Source of the DNA: a bacterium
GTDB taxonomy: Bacteria > Desulfobacterota_D > UBA1144
DNA: 64,000 bases
Direction of reading: 5' to 3'
Assembly: GCA_018654605.1 (NCBI GenBank)
Contig: JABILG010000018.1
Span: 24,702-88,701, forward strand
Shown here: piece after piece, positions 1 to 9,198 of the stretch
How the letters are laid out: each line of letters begins with the position of its first letter
How positions within the stretch are numbered: position 1 is the stretch's first letter
The notes under the pieces: model-generated
Seen by the model: the letters and a program-made list of their open reading frames with translations, nothing else
What the model was told of the DNA's origin: nothing
Databases searched by the model: none
Position numbers and translations under genes: made by a program

Positions 1-417
1 GCAAAGCTTAAGAATGAAGCGATGATTAAAAAAAGTTTATTTGAGATGCTTACAGAAATAAATTATGCGTTAGTTATAATCATTTCAGCTTTAAAATCTA
101 AAAACATACAGAATATTTACGCTTTGATTGATAAAATATATGAATCTCAAAAAAGTAAAATTAATACTAATAATCTAAATAAATATTTAAAATCTTTAAT
201 TCTTAAATCCACTGCTCCTGTGAATAAGGGAAGAAGGCTTAAAATGTATTATGCAACTCAATCTAAAGGAGATGTTCCTTCTTTTGTATTGTTCTGCAAC
301 TTCGCAAAAGGGATACCTAATACATACAGAAGATTTATTGAAAAATCTATCAGAAACGAGTTTGACCTTGAGGGTATTAGCATTAAAGTTGCATATAGAA
401 CTTCAAGAAAAGAGTAG
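1..417 (+). CDS. der: Ribosome biogenesis GTPase Der/EngA, C-terminal part (5' end outside window)
   Basis: Frame open from base 1; C-terminal KH-like domain motifs KGRRLKMYYATQ, FVLFCN, YRRFIEKSIRNEFDLEG. Confidence 0.9.
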   Translation, partial: AKLKNEAMIKKSLFEMLTEINYALVIIISALKSKNIQNIYALIDKIYESQKSKINTNNLNKYLKSLILKSTAPVNKGRRLKMYYATQSKGDVPSFVLFCNFAKGIPNTYRRFIEKSIRNEFDLEGISIKVAYRTSRKE

Positions 418-1590
418 CCTAATTGTATCTAAAATCTTAGAAGCGATAATCCTAGAATCATATAAATTTACAGCCTTCTTTCTAGCTTCAAACGACATCT
501 TTAATCTAAGTTCTTCGTCTTCGATTAACTCCAACATTGAATCTATAAGGCTATTATCGTCCAGATTAAACGAATACCCATTTATTTTATGATCTATAGC
601 CTCACCTATCCCACCTATATTGTATCCTAATACCGGTTTCCCTAAGGACATTGATTCTATAACGACTCTTGGAAAGGGGTCTTCGTACATTGAAGGTATA
701 AAAAAAATGTCAAAGTCTACAATATAAGACTCAACTTTATCTGTATAGCCAGTAAAAATGAACTTATCATCTAAGTTTTCTTCTTTTACCATACTTTTAA
801 GCTTAGTCATTAGGGTTTGTCCAAAATAATGCGGGGTGTCACCAACTAAGACAAATAAGCAATCTTTTTTATATTTTTTACATACATCGATTCCCAACTG
901 TACAAAATGTTCAAAATTCTTTCTTGGAACAACTCTACCAGCAGTTCCAATAATGATTCTATCCTTGTTGACCTTAAACTTTTCTCTAAGTTCTCTTGTA
1001 ACTGTCATAGGATTAAATTCCTCTGTATCTATACCATTGTTAACAACCTTGCATTTCTCTTTATTTTTAAATTGAGACATAGTTGACTTTGAAACACAGA
1101 TAATTTTCTTTACTGAATCAAAATTAGAAAATAAATTAATTGAATACAATAAGAAAATATTTTTCTGATAATTTCTGACATGCCATACAACCTTAATTGA
1201 ATAGAGACTACCCAAGATCGCACCAAAGAACTTAGCCAGTGTTCCATTACAATAAATAATATCAATCTTATTTTTTTGTAATTCTTTTTTAAAATCAAAC
1301 AAAAGATAAATGAGCCTGAATAGATTTATCACTATGTCTAGAGGAAGAATTGAAATCTTCTTTCCACGGAAATGAAAGTTCTGTCTCTTTAAATTTTCTG
1401 GGAAATTATTGTCAATAATTTGATTTACTTTTAGATTTTCTCTTTCAATATTTTTAGAAAAAACTTTCTTTTCAGGAATCAAAACACTTACGTTAAACTG
1501 TTCATAATCAAAATGCTTAAGAAGATAATACAAACTTCTTCCCGGTCCACCATCTCTAATAGAATGGTTTATAAATAAAATATTTTTCAT
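403..1590 (-). CDS. Glycosyltransferase family 4 (GT-B)
   Basis: GGPGR N-terminal loop, NNGID, GRVVPRKN, PSMYEDPFPRVVIESMSLGKPV (E-x7-E motif). Confidence 0.9.
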   Translation of the reverse strand: MKNILFINHSIRDGGPGRSLYYLLKHFDYEQFNVSVLIPEKKVFSKNIERENLKVNQIIDNNFPENLKRQNFHFRGKKISILPLDIVINLFRLIYLLFDFKKELQKNKIDIIYCNGTLAKFFGAILGSLYSIKVVWHVRNYQKNIFLLYSINLFSNFDSVKKIICVSKSTMSQFKNKEKCKVVNNGIDTEEFNPMTVTRELREKFKVNKDRIIIGTAGRVVPRKNFEHFVQLGIDVCKKYKKDCLFVLVGDTPHYFGQTLMTKLKSMVKEENLDDKFIFTGYTDKVESYIVDFDIFFIPSMYEDPFPRVVIESMSLGKPVLGYNIGGIGEAIDHKINGYSFNLDDNSLIDSMLELIEDEELRLKMSFEARKKAVNLYDSRIIASKILDTIRLLFS

Positions 1591-1652
1591 AAAAACAAAA
1601 TAACATATTTTTCTTTCTATTCTTCATTAATGACTAATAAATTTATAGTTAC

Positions 1653-1680
1653 TTGACAAATATAGTAATTATAAGAGAAT
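1653..1680 (+). promoter_or_regulatory. Possible sigma70-type promoter for ilvE
   Basis: TTGACA at 1653-1658, 16-nt spacer, GAGAAT at 1675-1680, upstream of ATG 1696; AT-rich background weakens the call. Confidence 0.4.
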
Positions 1681-1695
1681 ACATGTTATAAAATT

Positions 1696-2610
1696 ATGAA
1701 AAAATCTAAGTATATTTGGTTTAATGGAAAGTTTGTTAGCTGGGACAAGGCTACAACCCACGTGTTAAGCCATGGCCTACATTATGGGTCAGGAATTTTT
1801 GAAGGAATAAGGGCTTATTCAAATAAGAATAAGGATTCATATATTTTTCGACTGAAGGATCACTATGATCGTTTTTATAATTCAGCTAAAGTTTCACTAA
1901 TAAAGCTACCCTATTCTCAGAAACAACTAGAAAAGGCAACTGTAGATTTGGTACGAAAGAATAATTTAAAAGACTGCTATATAAGACCATTAGCATTCAT
2001 TGGTGATGGTTCAATTGGCATAAATCCCGGAAATAATAAGATCAATGTAATAATTGCTGCATTCGAATGGGGTACATATTTAGGCAAAAATGGTATTTCA
2101 AACGGAATAAGAACTAAGATCTCGTCATTCGCTAGAATGGGTGTCAATTCTTTTATGACAAAGTCTAAAATTTCTGGGAATTACATTAATTCTGTATTTG
2201 CAAAAAGGGAAGCTATACAACTTGGCTATGACGAAGCCTTGATGCTGGATAATGATGGCTACATTTCTGAGGGAACAGGAGAAAATATTTATATAGTAAG
2301 AAATAGCGTAATTAAAACTACTCCTATAACAACTGTTTTAGAGGGTATAACCAGAGACTGTGTTTTTAAGATTGCTTCAGACTATGGAATAGAAATAAAA
2401 GAACAAAGATTCACAAGAGATGAGTTGTATATTTCAGATGAGGTTTTTCTATCTGGAACTGCTGCTGAAATAACACCTGTTAGAGAGGTTGACGATAGAA
2501 AGCTTGGTAAAGGCAAACCCGGCAAGGTGACAAGACTAATTCAAAATGAATACTCTAAGATTGTAAAAGGATCGAACAATAAATACTTAAAGTGGCTAAC
2601 TAAGATTTAA
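1696..2610 (+). CDS. ilvE: Branched-chain amino acid aminotransferase
   Basis: HGLHYGSGIFEGIRAY, KISGNYINS (PLP Lys), EGTGENI, LEGITR, GTAAEITP. Confidence 0.95.
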   Translation: MKKSKYIWFNGKFVSWDKATTHVLSHGLHYGSGIFEGIRAYSNKNKDSYIFRLKDHYDRFYNSAKVSLIKLPYSQKQLEKATVDLVRKNNLKDCYIRPLAFIGDGSIGINPGNNKINVIIAAFEWGTYLGKNGISNGIRTKISSFARMGVNSFMTKSKISGNYINSVFAKREAIQLGYDEALMLDNDGYISEGTGENIYIVRNSVIKTTPITTVLEGITRDCVFKIASDYGIEIKEQRFTRDELYISDEVFLSGTAAEITPVREVDDRKLGKGKPGKVTRLIQNEYSKIVKGSNNKYLKWLTKI

Positions 2611-4074
2611 ATAATTAATCAAACTCCTAACTCCGAATCCAGTAGACCCAGGCGCGCACCATCCTCTATCTTTATCTATATAGGCTGGTCCAGCAATATC
2701 AATATGTGACCAGGGCACCTTTTTGTCAACAAAAAATTCTAAGAACATTGCCGCTGTTATTGCACCTCCATATCTGGTTGAGGCAGAATTCTTAACATCA
2801 GCTACCTGACTATCAATTGAGGATCTAAGCTCTTCATCTAAAGGAAGTTGCCACATCTTTTCTCCGGACATTAAAGAGGCCTTTAACAACTTATCTTTTA
2901 ACGTAATGTTATTAGAAAATAAACCAGCTGTATAATTTCCTAAGGCTACCATGCAAGCTCCAGTAAGAGTCGCCAAATCTACCATTTCGTCAACTTTTAA
3001 TTTATTTGCATACTCAATTGCATCGGAGAGAACAACCCTACCTTCAGCATCAGTATTTATAACCTCTATAGTCTTTCCTGATAAACCCCTAACAACATCA
3101 TCTGGTTTGTAAGCATTCGGTCCTGGCATATTTTCTACTGCCGGAATCAAACCATGAACCTCAACATTCTTAGGTTGTAAGCTTTGAAGAGCTTTAAAAA
3201 CACCTAGGACGCAGCCTGCCCCTCCCATATCCATTTTCATTGTAAGCATATAATCTGCAGGTTTTAAGGACAGTCCGCCGGTATCATACGTTACACCTTT
3301 TCCAATCAAAGCTATTTTTTTAGATTTTTTCTTAGACACACTTGACTTGTATGTTAAATGTATGAATCTCGGCTCATTGACACTACCCTTCCCAACATCC
3401 CAAACACCTAGCATCTTTTTCTTAAGTATATCTTTCTTACCATATATTTTACATACGATATTTTTACTCTTTGCAATAGCTTTAGCTTGGTTAGCAAGAG
3501 CTACCGGAGTTAGACTCTGGGGTGGCTCGTTAATTAACTCCCTAGTCAAATTAACTCCTGAGAAAATATTCTGTGCCTCTTTGACTATAGTGCTAAATTG
3601 ACCAGAAGTAATAGAATCAATATCAATTCCAACCTTTAGCAAAGAAAAGTTATCTTTTTTAGTCTTGTACTTATCAAAACTATAAAAACCATTATACAAA
3701 CCCTGGATAGCGAGATTAATAAGCTTTTTATCTATAGTAATAGGGAAAATTATAGATAAATCTTTTGTTCTTTTTTTAGACTTAATTTGCGAATAAGTTA
3801 TAGAAGAGAAAGCTTTAAAAACCCTCTCCTCGTCTAATTTCTTAGCTTCGCCCAAGCCAATAAAGTTAATATTGATAGTTTTCTTTTCTGCTAAGACTTG
3901 GAAGCTAGCCTTCTCCATGAAATCAGCTTTGAACTGAGAATTTTTAAGTTCGAATAAAAATCTTACACCCAAATTAGATTCCAACGATTTCAGAGAATTA
4001 AGGCCACCATTTAAAACTGGAATAAATAATGTATTAGATACTTTTTTATTTGTAATTTTATATAAATTTATCAT
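2596..4074 (-). CDS. pepA: Leucyl aminopeptidase (M17)
   Basis: GKGVTYDTGG, MKMDMGGA, NTDAEGR, DLATLTGAC, HIDIAG. Confidence 0.95.
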   Translation of the reverse strand: MINLYKITNKKVSNTLFIPVLNGGLNSLKSLESNLGVRFLFELKNSQFKADFMEKASFQVLAEKKTININFIGLGEAKKLDEERVFKAFSSITYSQIKSKKRTKDLSIIFPITIDKKLINLAIQGLYNGFYSFDKYKTKKDNFSLLKVGIDIDSITSGQFSTIVKEAQNIFSGVNLTRELINEPPQSLTPVALANQAKAIAKSKNIVCKIYGKKDILKKKMLGVWDVGKGSVNEPRFIHLTYKSSVSKKKSKKIALIGKGVTYDTGGLSLKPADYMLTMKMDMGGAGCVLGVFKALQSLQPKNVEVHGLIPAVENMPGPNAYKPDDVVRGLSGKTIEVINTDAEGRVVLSDAIEYANKLKVDEMVDLATLTGACMVALGNYTAGLFSNNITLKDKLLKASLMSGEKMWQLPLDEELRSSIDSQVADVKNSASTRYGGAITAAMFLEFFVDKKVPWSHIDIAGPAYIDKDRGWCAPGSTGFGVRSLINYLNLS

Positions 4075-4137
4075 TTTTTTATTATAACTAATCCTAAATA
4101 AACTGTATAATTTATGTTAATCATTTCTGGTTGTTTT

Positions 4138-4833
4138 ATGGAGAACATAACTGATTACTACTTATCAATAATTGCTGGGCTAGTTTCATTCTTTTCCCCA
4201 TGCATTTTGCCATTGTTCCCAATCTATCTTACTACTTTAGATGGTTCTATTGAAGATACAAGTAAGACAAATTATAAAATATTCTTTCGAAGCTTATTGT
4301 TTGTTTTTTCTTTTTGTTCCGTATTTGTCTTACTAGGTCTTTCCGCAACATCTATTGGTGTCTTCCTAAATTTAAATAAGTTTATTTTATTAAAAATATC
4401 AGGAGTTATGATAGTTCTTTTTGGAATCTTAAATTTATTTTATTATAAATTTCAAACTCTCAACAGAAGTTTCAATTTAATATCTTCTTCATCAGTTAAA
4501 CCTATAATGCTAGGATTATGCTTTGGTCTAGCTTGGACACCATGTGTTGGCCCTATTCTTGCTAGTATAATTACTTATTCAAGCATTGAGAAAGATTATA
4601 TTCATTCTATTATTATGCTCGTACTTTACTCACTAGGGCTTGGATTGCCTTTCATACTAGGAAGCTTTGGTATAAGAAAGGTGTTTTTGTCCTTTAAAAA
4701 TAATATTTTCTTCTTAAAGTTTTATCCTCCAATTATCGGACTAATTCTAATTTTATTTGGATATTTAGTTTATAATAACAAAATATACATATTAACAATA
4801 TATGTTCAAAAAATGCTAGAAAACTGGTTGTAA
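4138..4833 (+). CDS. ccdA: Cytochrome c biogenesis protein CcdA (DsbD transmembrane-domain family)
   Basis: AGLVSFFSPCILPLFPIY and GLAWTPCVGPIL redox Cys motifs; about 6 hydrophobic segments; start may be 4114. Confidence 0.92.
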   Translation: MENITDYYLSIIAGLVSFFSPCILPLFPIYLTTLDGSIEDTSKTNYKIFFRSLLFVFSFCSVFVLLGLSATSIGVFLNLNKFILLKISGVMIVLFGILNLFYYKFQTLNRSFNLISSSSVKPIMLGLCFGLAWTPCVGPILASIITYSSIEKDYIHSIIMLVLYSLGLGLPFILGSFGIRKVFLSFKNNIFFLKFYPPIIGLILILFGYLVYNNKIYILTIYVQKMLENWL

Positions 4834-4916
4834 TTCTTAATTAAAAAACCTATAATTAGTATTTCTTTTTAGGTATGATTAATGCAGTTACCGAATAGGG
4901 ATAAGGAGCTATAAAT

Positions 4917-6218
4917 ATGAGTATTGAAAAGAATTTAGAATTAAAACGTAAGGAAGCACTTGATTATCATTCAAGTTTTCCAAAAGGTAAAATTGAAACA
5001 AAAATTACAAAACCTAGCGAGACTGAAGAGCAGTTATCTCTTGCATATTCTCCATGGGTTGCTGAACCGTGCAAGGAAATTCATGCAGATGTAGAAAAAG
5101 TCTACGAATATACCAACAAGGGAAATCTTGTCGCTGTTATATCTAATGGTACTGCTGTTCTAGGATTAGGTGACTTGGGACCTGAGGCCAGCAAGCCAGT
5201 TATGGAAGGTAAAGCTGTATTATTTAAGAGATTTGCTCAAGTAGATGCTTTTGATATTGAAATTAAAACTAATGATATTGAAGAAATTATAAGAACTGTC
5301 GAATTATTAGAGCCGACATTTGGTGGAATTAATCTTGAAGATATTAAGGCCCCAGAATGTTTTAGGATAGAGGATGAGCTAAAAGCAAAGATGAACATCC
5401 CTGTGTTTCATGATGATCAACATGGGACAGCAATTATTTCTGGTGCAGGCCTAGTTAATGCCGTAGAAATCACCGGAAGAAAGATGTCCGAAATTAAGAT
5501 AAATATAAATGGTGCTGGTGCATCAGCTATTTCATGTGCAAGGTTGTTTATAACATTAGGGGCTGACCCTAAAAATATATTAATGTGTGACAGTAAAGGC
5601 GTTATATACAAAGGAAGGGATGGTTTAAATAAACAAAAAGAAGAGTTTGCAGTTGAAACTGAATGTAGAACATTGGCGGACACCTTTAAGGGCGGAGATG
5701 TATTCATTGGCCTTTCTATAGGGAATGTTGTTTCTAAAGAAATGATTCAAGATATGAATGATAACCCAATTATTTTTGCAATGGCTAACCCTGACCCTGA
5801 GATTTCACCAGAAGATGCTTTTGATGCCAGAAAAGATATTATAATGGCAACTGGAAGGACTGACTATCCAAATCAAGTTAATAACGTTTTAGGCTTCCCC
5901 TTTATATTTAGAGGTGCACTAGATGTAGCAGCAACTGACATAAATGAAGAAATGAAAGTTGCCGCATCTATAGCACTTGCAAAACTAGCTAAACTAGGAG
6001 CTGGCCCTGAAATAGCAAAAAAACATAATAGAGACAAGCTTGTTTTTGGTAAAGAATATATCGTTCCATCACCTTTTGATCCTAGAATACTAGTTTGGGA
6101 ATCTTACGCTGTAGCTAAAGCTGCGATTGAGACCGGAGTAGCTAGGAAGAAAATTGACCTTGAAGAATATAAGTCAAGACTAGAAAAAATGGCAGGTGTA
6201 GAGCCTCAAACTTTCTAA
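4917..6218 (+). CDS. NAD(P)-dependent malic enzyme (MaeB-type catalytic domain, no phosphotransacetylase domain)
   Basis: [60 protein letters not shown]; RBS AAGGAG upstream. Confidence 0.93.
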   Translation: MSIEKNLELKRKEALDYHSSFPKGKIETKITKPSETEEQLSLAYSPWVAEPCKEIHADVEKVYEYTNKGNLVAVISNGTAVLGLGDLGPEASKPVMEGKAVLFKRFAQVDAFDIEIKTNDIEEIIRTVELLEPTFGGINLEDIKAPECFRIEDELKAKMNIPVFHDDQHGTAIISGAGLVNAVEITGRKMSEIKININGAGASAISCARLFITLGADPKNILMCDSKGVIYKGRDGLNKQKEEFAVETECRTLADTFKGGDVFIGLSIGNVVSKEMIQDMNDNPIIFAMANPDPEISPEDAFDARKDIIMATGRTDYPNQVNNVLGFPFIFRGALDVAATDINEEMKVAASIALAKLAKLGAGPEIAKKHNRDKLVFGKEYIVPSPFDPRILVWESYAVAKAAIETGVARKKIDLEEYKSRLEKMAGVEPQTF

Positions 6219-6220
6219 AA

Positions 6221-6772
6221 ATGACCTCTTTATTTAAATTCCCTTTTTTGCTGTTTATTGTCTTCAGCTTCTCTGTTTCATCTGCAGAACATGACTCATC
6301 TTCAAAGGGTTTAGTTAATTTAGATAAACGCTTTATCCCAATAAATAAAGAAATCATTCTTTCGCAAGAAATGACCATTATTGATGGAGATAAAAATTCT
6401 GAAATTATAATCCTAGATAATTTGGATGGTTTAAATATTGTAAACTTTTGGGCATCTTGGTGCAACCCCTGTATTGAAGAAATTTCTGAGCTAAACAAAT
6501 TCCAAGAGAATATTTATTCAAAAAACTTAAACGTAAGTCTTATTGGAATTAATATCTTTGATAAAAAGAAAGATGCGATTTCGTTTTACGTTAAATATAA
6601 ACCCTTTTTTAAGACCATCTTTGATAATAAAAATACTATATCTGTTAAATTTAGCGTAATGGGAGTACCTGAGACTTACTTTGTCAAAGACAATAAAATT
6701 TTGTTTAAATATATGGGTAAGATTAATCAGGAAATTTTAGAAAGAGGAATTGATGAAAGCAGTAAATATTAA
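6221..6772 (+). CDS. TlpA/ResA/CcmG-like thiol:disulfide oxidoreductase
   Basis: N-terminal signal/TM segment, VNFWASWCNPC, GVPETYF. Confidence 0.88.
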   Translation: MTSLFKFPFLLFIVFSFSVSSAEHDSSSKGLVNLDKRFIPINKEIILSQEMTIIDGDKNSEIIILDNLDGLNIVNFWASWCNPCIEEISELNKFQENIYSKNLNVSLIGINIFDKKKDAISFYVKYKPFFKTIFDNKNTISVKFSVMGVPETYFVKDNKILFKYMGKINQEILERGIDESSKY

Positions 6773-7133
6773 ATTAATAATTTTATTAATCTTCTTATTT
6801 TCAGCTTTCAACAATGCTTTATCAGAAAATAAAATTTACAGTATATCAAATGAACTTATGTGTCCTGTATGCCAAGGTCAAACAGTAGCTGAATCAAACT
6901 CTCAATTAGCTCTATCAATGAAGGAAGTTATTAAAATTAAAGTTTCTGAAGGTAAGTCAAAAGAAGAAATATTAGACTACTTTGTCCTTCAATATGGTGA
7001 TACCATTCTAGCTAAACCCCCAATTAAGGGTTTTGGTTTACTCTTATGGATCCTACCTCCAGCAATATTAATCCTATCAATCCTAATGTGGACAATTAGA
7101 GTGAAGAAAAATAATAGAAATAGAGGAAAATAA
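6753..7133 (+). CDS. ccmH: Cytochrome c-type biogenesis protein CcmH (N-terminal CxxC domain)
   Basis: LMCPVCQGQTVAESNS, YFVLQYGDTILAKPP, LLWILP TM segment. Confidence 0.92.
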   Translation: MKAVNIKLIILLIFLFSAFNNALSENKIYSISNELMCPVCQGQTVAESNSQLALSMKEVIKIKVSEGKSKEEILDYFVLQYGDTILAKPPIKGFGLLLWILPPAILILSILMWTIRVKKNNRNRGK

Positions 7134-7144
7134 AGGGTAGTGTT

Positions 7145-8233
7145 TTGACAAACAAGGAAATAGATAAAATAAATAATGACCTTGTTCGTTTTTCAAAATC
7201 AGAGTTTCTAAAGAACGAGATTAATGAGGCATTCTTTTTGTGGAATCAAAACGAATACTTTACCAAAGTGTTCAACGAAATAAGCGAAACAGACTCAAAT
7301 TATTTAAGATTTCTTGATTGGTTTATATATGACTACACTCTTGTTTCAACAGAAAGAACATTAGCTACCATGTACTTCGAGGATAATAGTGAAAAAGTTC
7401 CAGTATCTATCATAGACTCCTACAGAAGTATATTTAAGCATGAAAGAATTAACGGTAAAGACTATAAGATCAAAGACATTATTAAAAATGTCGAATATTG
7501 TATTTCAATTGAAGATACAGTTCCAGAGGAATCAATATTGTTATCATTGAGGATTATCAACGAAGAGAAAAGTAAAAATCTCAACTGCTCAAAAATTGGT
7601 CACATAGTTGCATACAACAAAGAGTATAAAGAAGTTATATACGACTCTTTGACAAATATTTTTAAGAAAACTAAAAATACACCTGACATAATTTGCAAAA
7701 ATTACTTCTATGTTATAGAAAAAGATATAAATAATATGATATCCAAGGTCCAGAATAAAGATGATCTCATAAACAATAAAGAAAAAGTTGCACATAAAGT
7801 CTTAAATTACCTATCAATTCTAGATAAAATCAAAGAAGACAAGAAACTAAAGCTAGTCTTAGAAGAATCAAATAAACTTTCTATTTTTAACTACTATGAT
7901 GAACTTAAAAATGAATATGGAAGCATGGAATTGTATAAGAATAGAATAGTATTCAATAATTTTAATGAGTTAACTCTAAACGATTATATTATAAAATTTA
8001 AGAATGATATCTCAGAAGTGGTTGAAGATGATGAGATATCAGAAGTTTGGTTAAATACTAAATTATCATTTTTTGACAACAAATCCCCAATTGAAGCAAA
8101 AAAATATAAAAAGTACAGAAAGAAGATGGAAGAAATATTAACTGACTTAGAACTCATATATGAAAGCAAATTATCCGAAGATGAGCCCAGTATTAACCCA
8201 AACTACATAAGAAAAAGGCTTAATCTAAACTGA
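7145..8233 (+). CDS. Hypothetical protein; probable C-terminal Xre/MbcA/ParS (DUF2384-like) motif
   Basis: 362-aa ORF with TTG start; FLDWFIYDY block; C-terminal WLNTKLSFFDNKSPIEA resembles WLxxPxxxLGGxTPxE; ends IRKRLNL. Confidence 0.6.
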   Translation: MTNKEIDKINNDLVRFSKSEFLKNEINEAFFLWNQNEYFTKVFNEISETDSNYLRFLDWFIYDYTLVSTERTLATMYFEDNSEKVPVSIIDSYRSIFKHERINGKDYKIKDIIKNVEYCISIEDTVPEESILLSLRIINEEKSKNLNCSKIGHIVAYNKEYKEVIYDSLTNIFKKTKNTPDIICKNYFYVIEKDINNMISKVQNKDDLINNKEKVAHKVLNYLSILDKIKEDKKLKLVLEESNKLSIFNYYDELKNEYGSMELYKNRIVFNNFNELTLNDYIIKFKNDISEVVEDDEISEVWLNTKLSFFDNKSPIEAKKYKKYRKKMEEILTDLELIYESKLSEDEPSINPNYIRKRLNLN

Positions 8234-8234
8234 T

Positions 8235-9182
8235 TTATTCTAAGAAATCTTCAAAGGATTTACTGTGCTTAAAGATATAGTTCCCGTTATCTTTAAATAT
8301 AATCAGAATAGGAATACCCATCTCATATAGATTCTCGGAAAAAATTGTGTAATCAACTAAATTTAAGGTATTAGAAAGTATAGAATTGTTAACAGGAGAG
8401 TCAGAAGCAACAATAACAAAGAAATCATTATTTAAAGAAATCTGATTTGTTTTAAGGTTTATATTATAGGTCCTTATCTTATCATTTGAGTTCACCAGGT
8501 ATGAATAGCTATCCAGCTTCCTAATGGTAATTCCCACTTGCTTGATAGCGTTAGTGGTTTTTTTATCGAATAAATTACTGCTTTTATGGAAATTTCTTGA
8601 ATATACTGTATTCCCAAACTTTATAAAATATGAATTATAATTTTTACTTTCAAGTAGAAATTTGATATTTTGAACTATAATTCCATCGATTAATGAATCA
8701 AATGAAAGCCTAATGCATGAATATCTTTTTGAAAAGACATTAGTAATTTTGACATCGATATTAGAGATATTCATACATTTTTCAAACAACTTACTATTTA
8801 GCATAGGGCGAACTTTATCAATAGTAGAGACACTATAGAGAAGGGAGAAAGTTGTAGGATCATAGGCCTTCTTGGTTATCTCATTATAATCTTTCATTAA
8901 ACTAAAAGCATCAACGAACAAATCTGGAGCAGATATCTCCGAGTTCTTCTCTAATTCATTAAATTTTTTCAAAAATGAGCTAATTTCTGGATCTAGTATA
9001 GCCTCAATATATCTTAATTTTTTTTTAATTTTTTTGAAGATTTGTTTTTCATCATTCTCAGAATCAATAATTACTGTTAAGGAACCACCAAGTAAGTTAT
9101 AATCTTTCTTGTTTAAAGTATTAGAAAAAGAACAGTTGATTGTTAGTGAAAATAAAATAATAATTATATAAAATCTAAACAT
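8235..9182 (-). CDS. Divergent ApbE-like (FAD:protein FMN transferase fold) lipoprotein
   Basis: Start MFRFYIIIILFSLTINC (lipobox-like); LLGGSLTV (cf. MGT), ITKKAYDPT (cf. TxGAFDPT), LSFDSLIDG (cf. LDLGGIAKG), NSILSN (cf. ADALST). Confidence 0.6.
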   Translation of the reverse strand: MFRFYIIIILFSLTINCSFSNTLNKKDYNLLGGSLTVIIDSENDEKQIFKKIKKKLRYIEAILDPEISSFLKKFNELEKNSEISAPDLFVDAFSLMKDYNEITKKAYDPTTFSLLYSVSTIDKVRPMLNSKLFEKCMNISNIDVKITNVFSKRYSCIRLSFDSLIDGIIVQNIKFLLESKNYNSYFIKFGNTVYSRNFHKSSNLFDKKTTNAIKQVGITIRKLDSYSYLVNSNDKIRTYNINLKTNQISLNNDFFVIVASDSPVNNSILSNTLNLVDYTIFSENLYEMGIPILIIFKDNGNYIFKHSKSFEDFLE

Positions 9183-9198
9183 AACATTGTAGGCAAAA

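Noticed and set aside
5055-5057. Trp in place of a conserved Gly as a hint of an alternative genetic code
   Set aside because: Isolated case; TGG encodes conserved Trp elsewhere and TGA terminates infA, secY, rplB and rpoB normally
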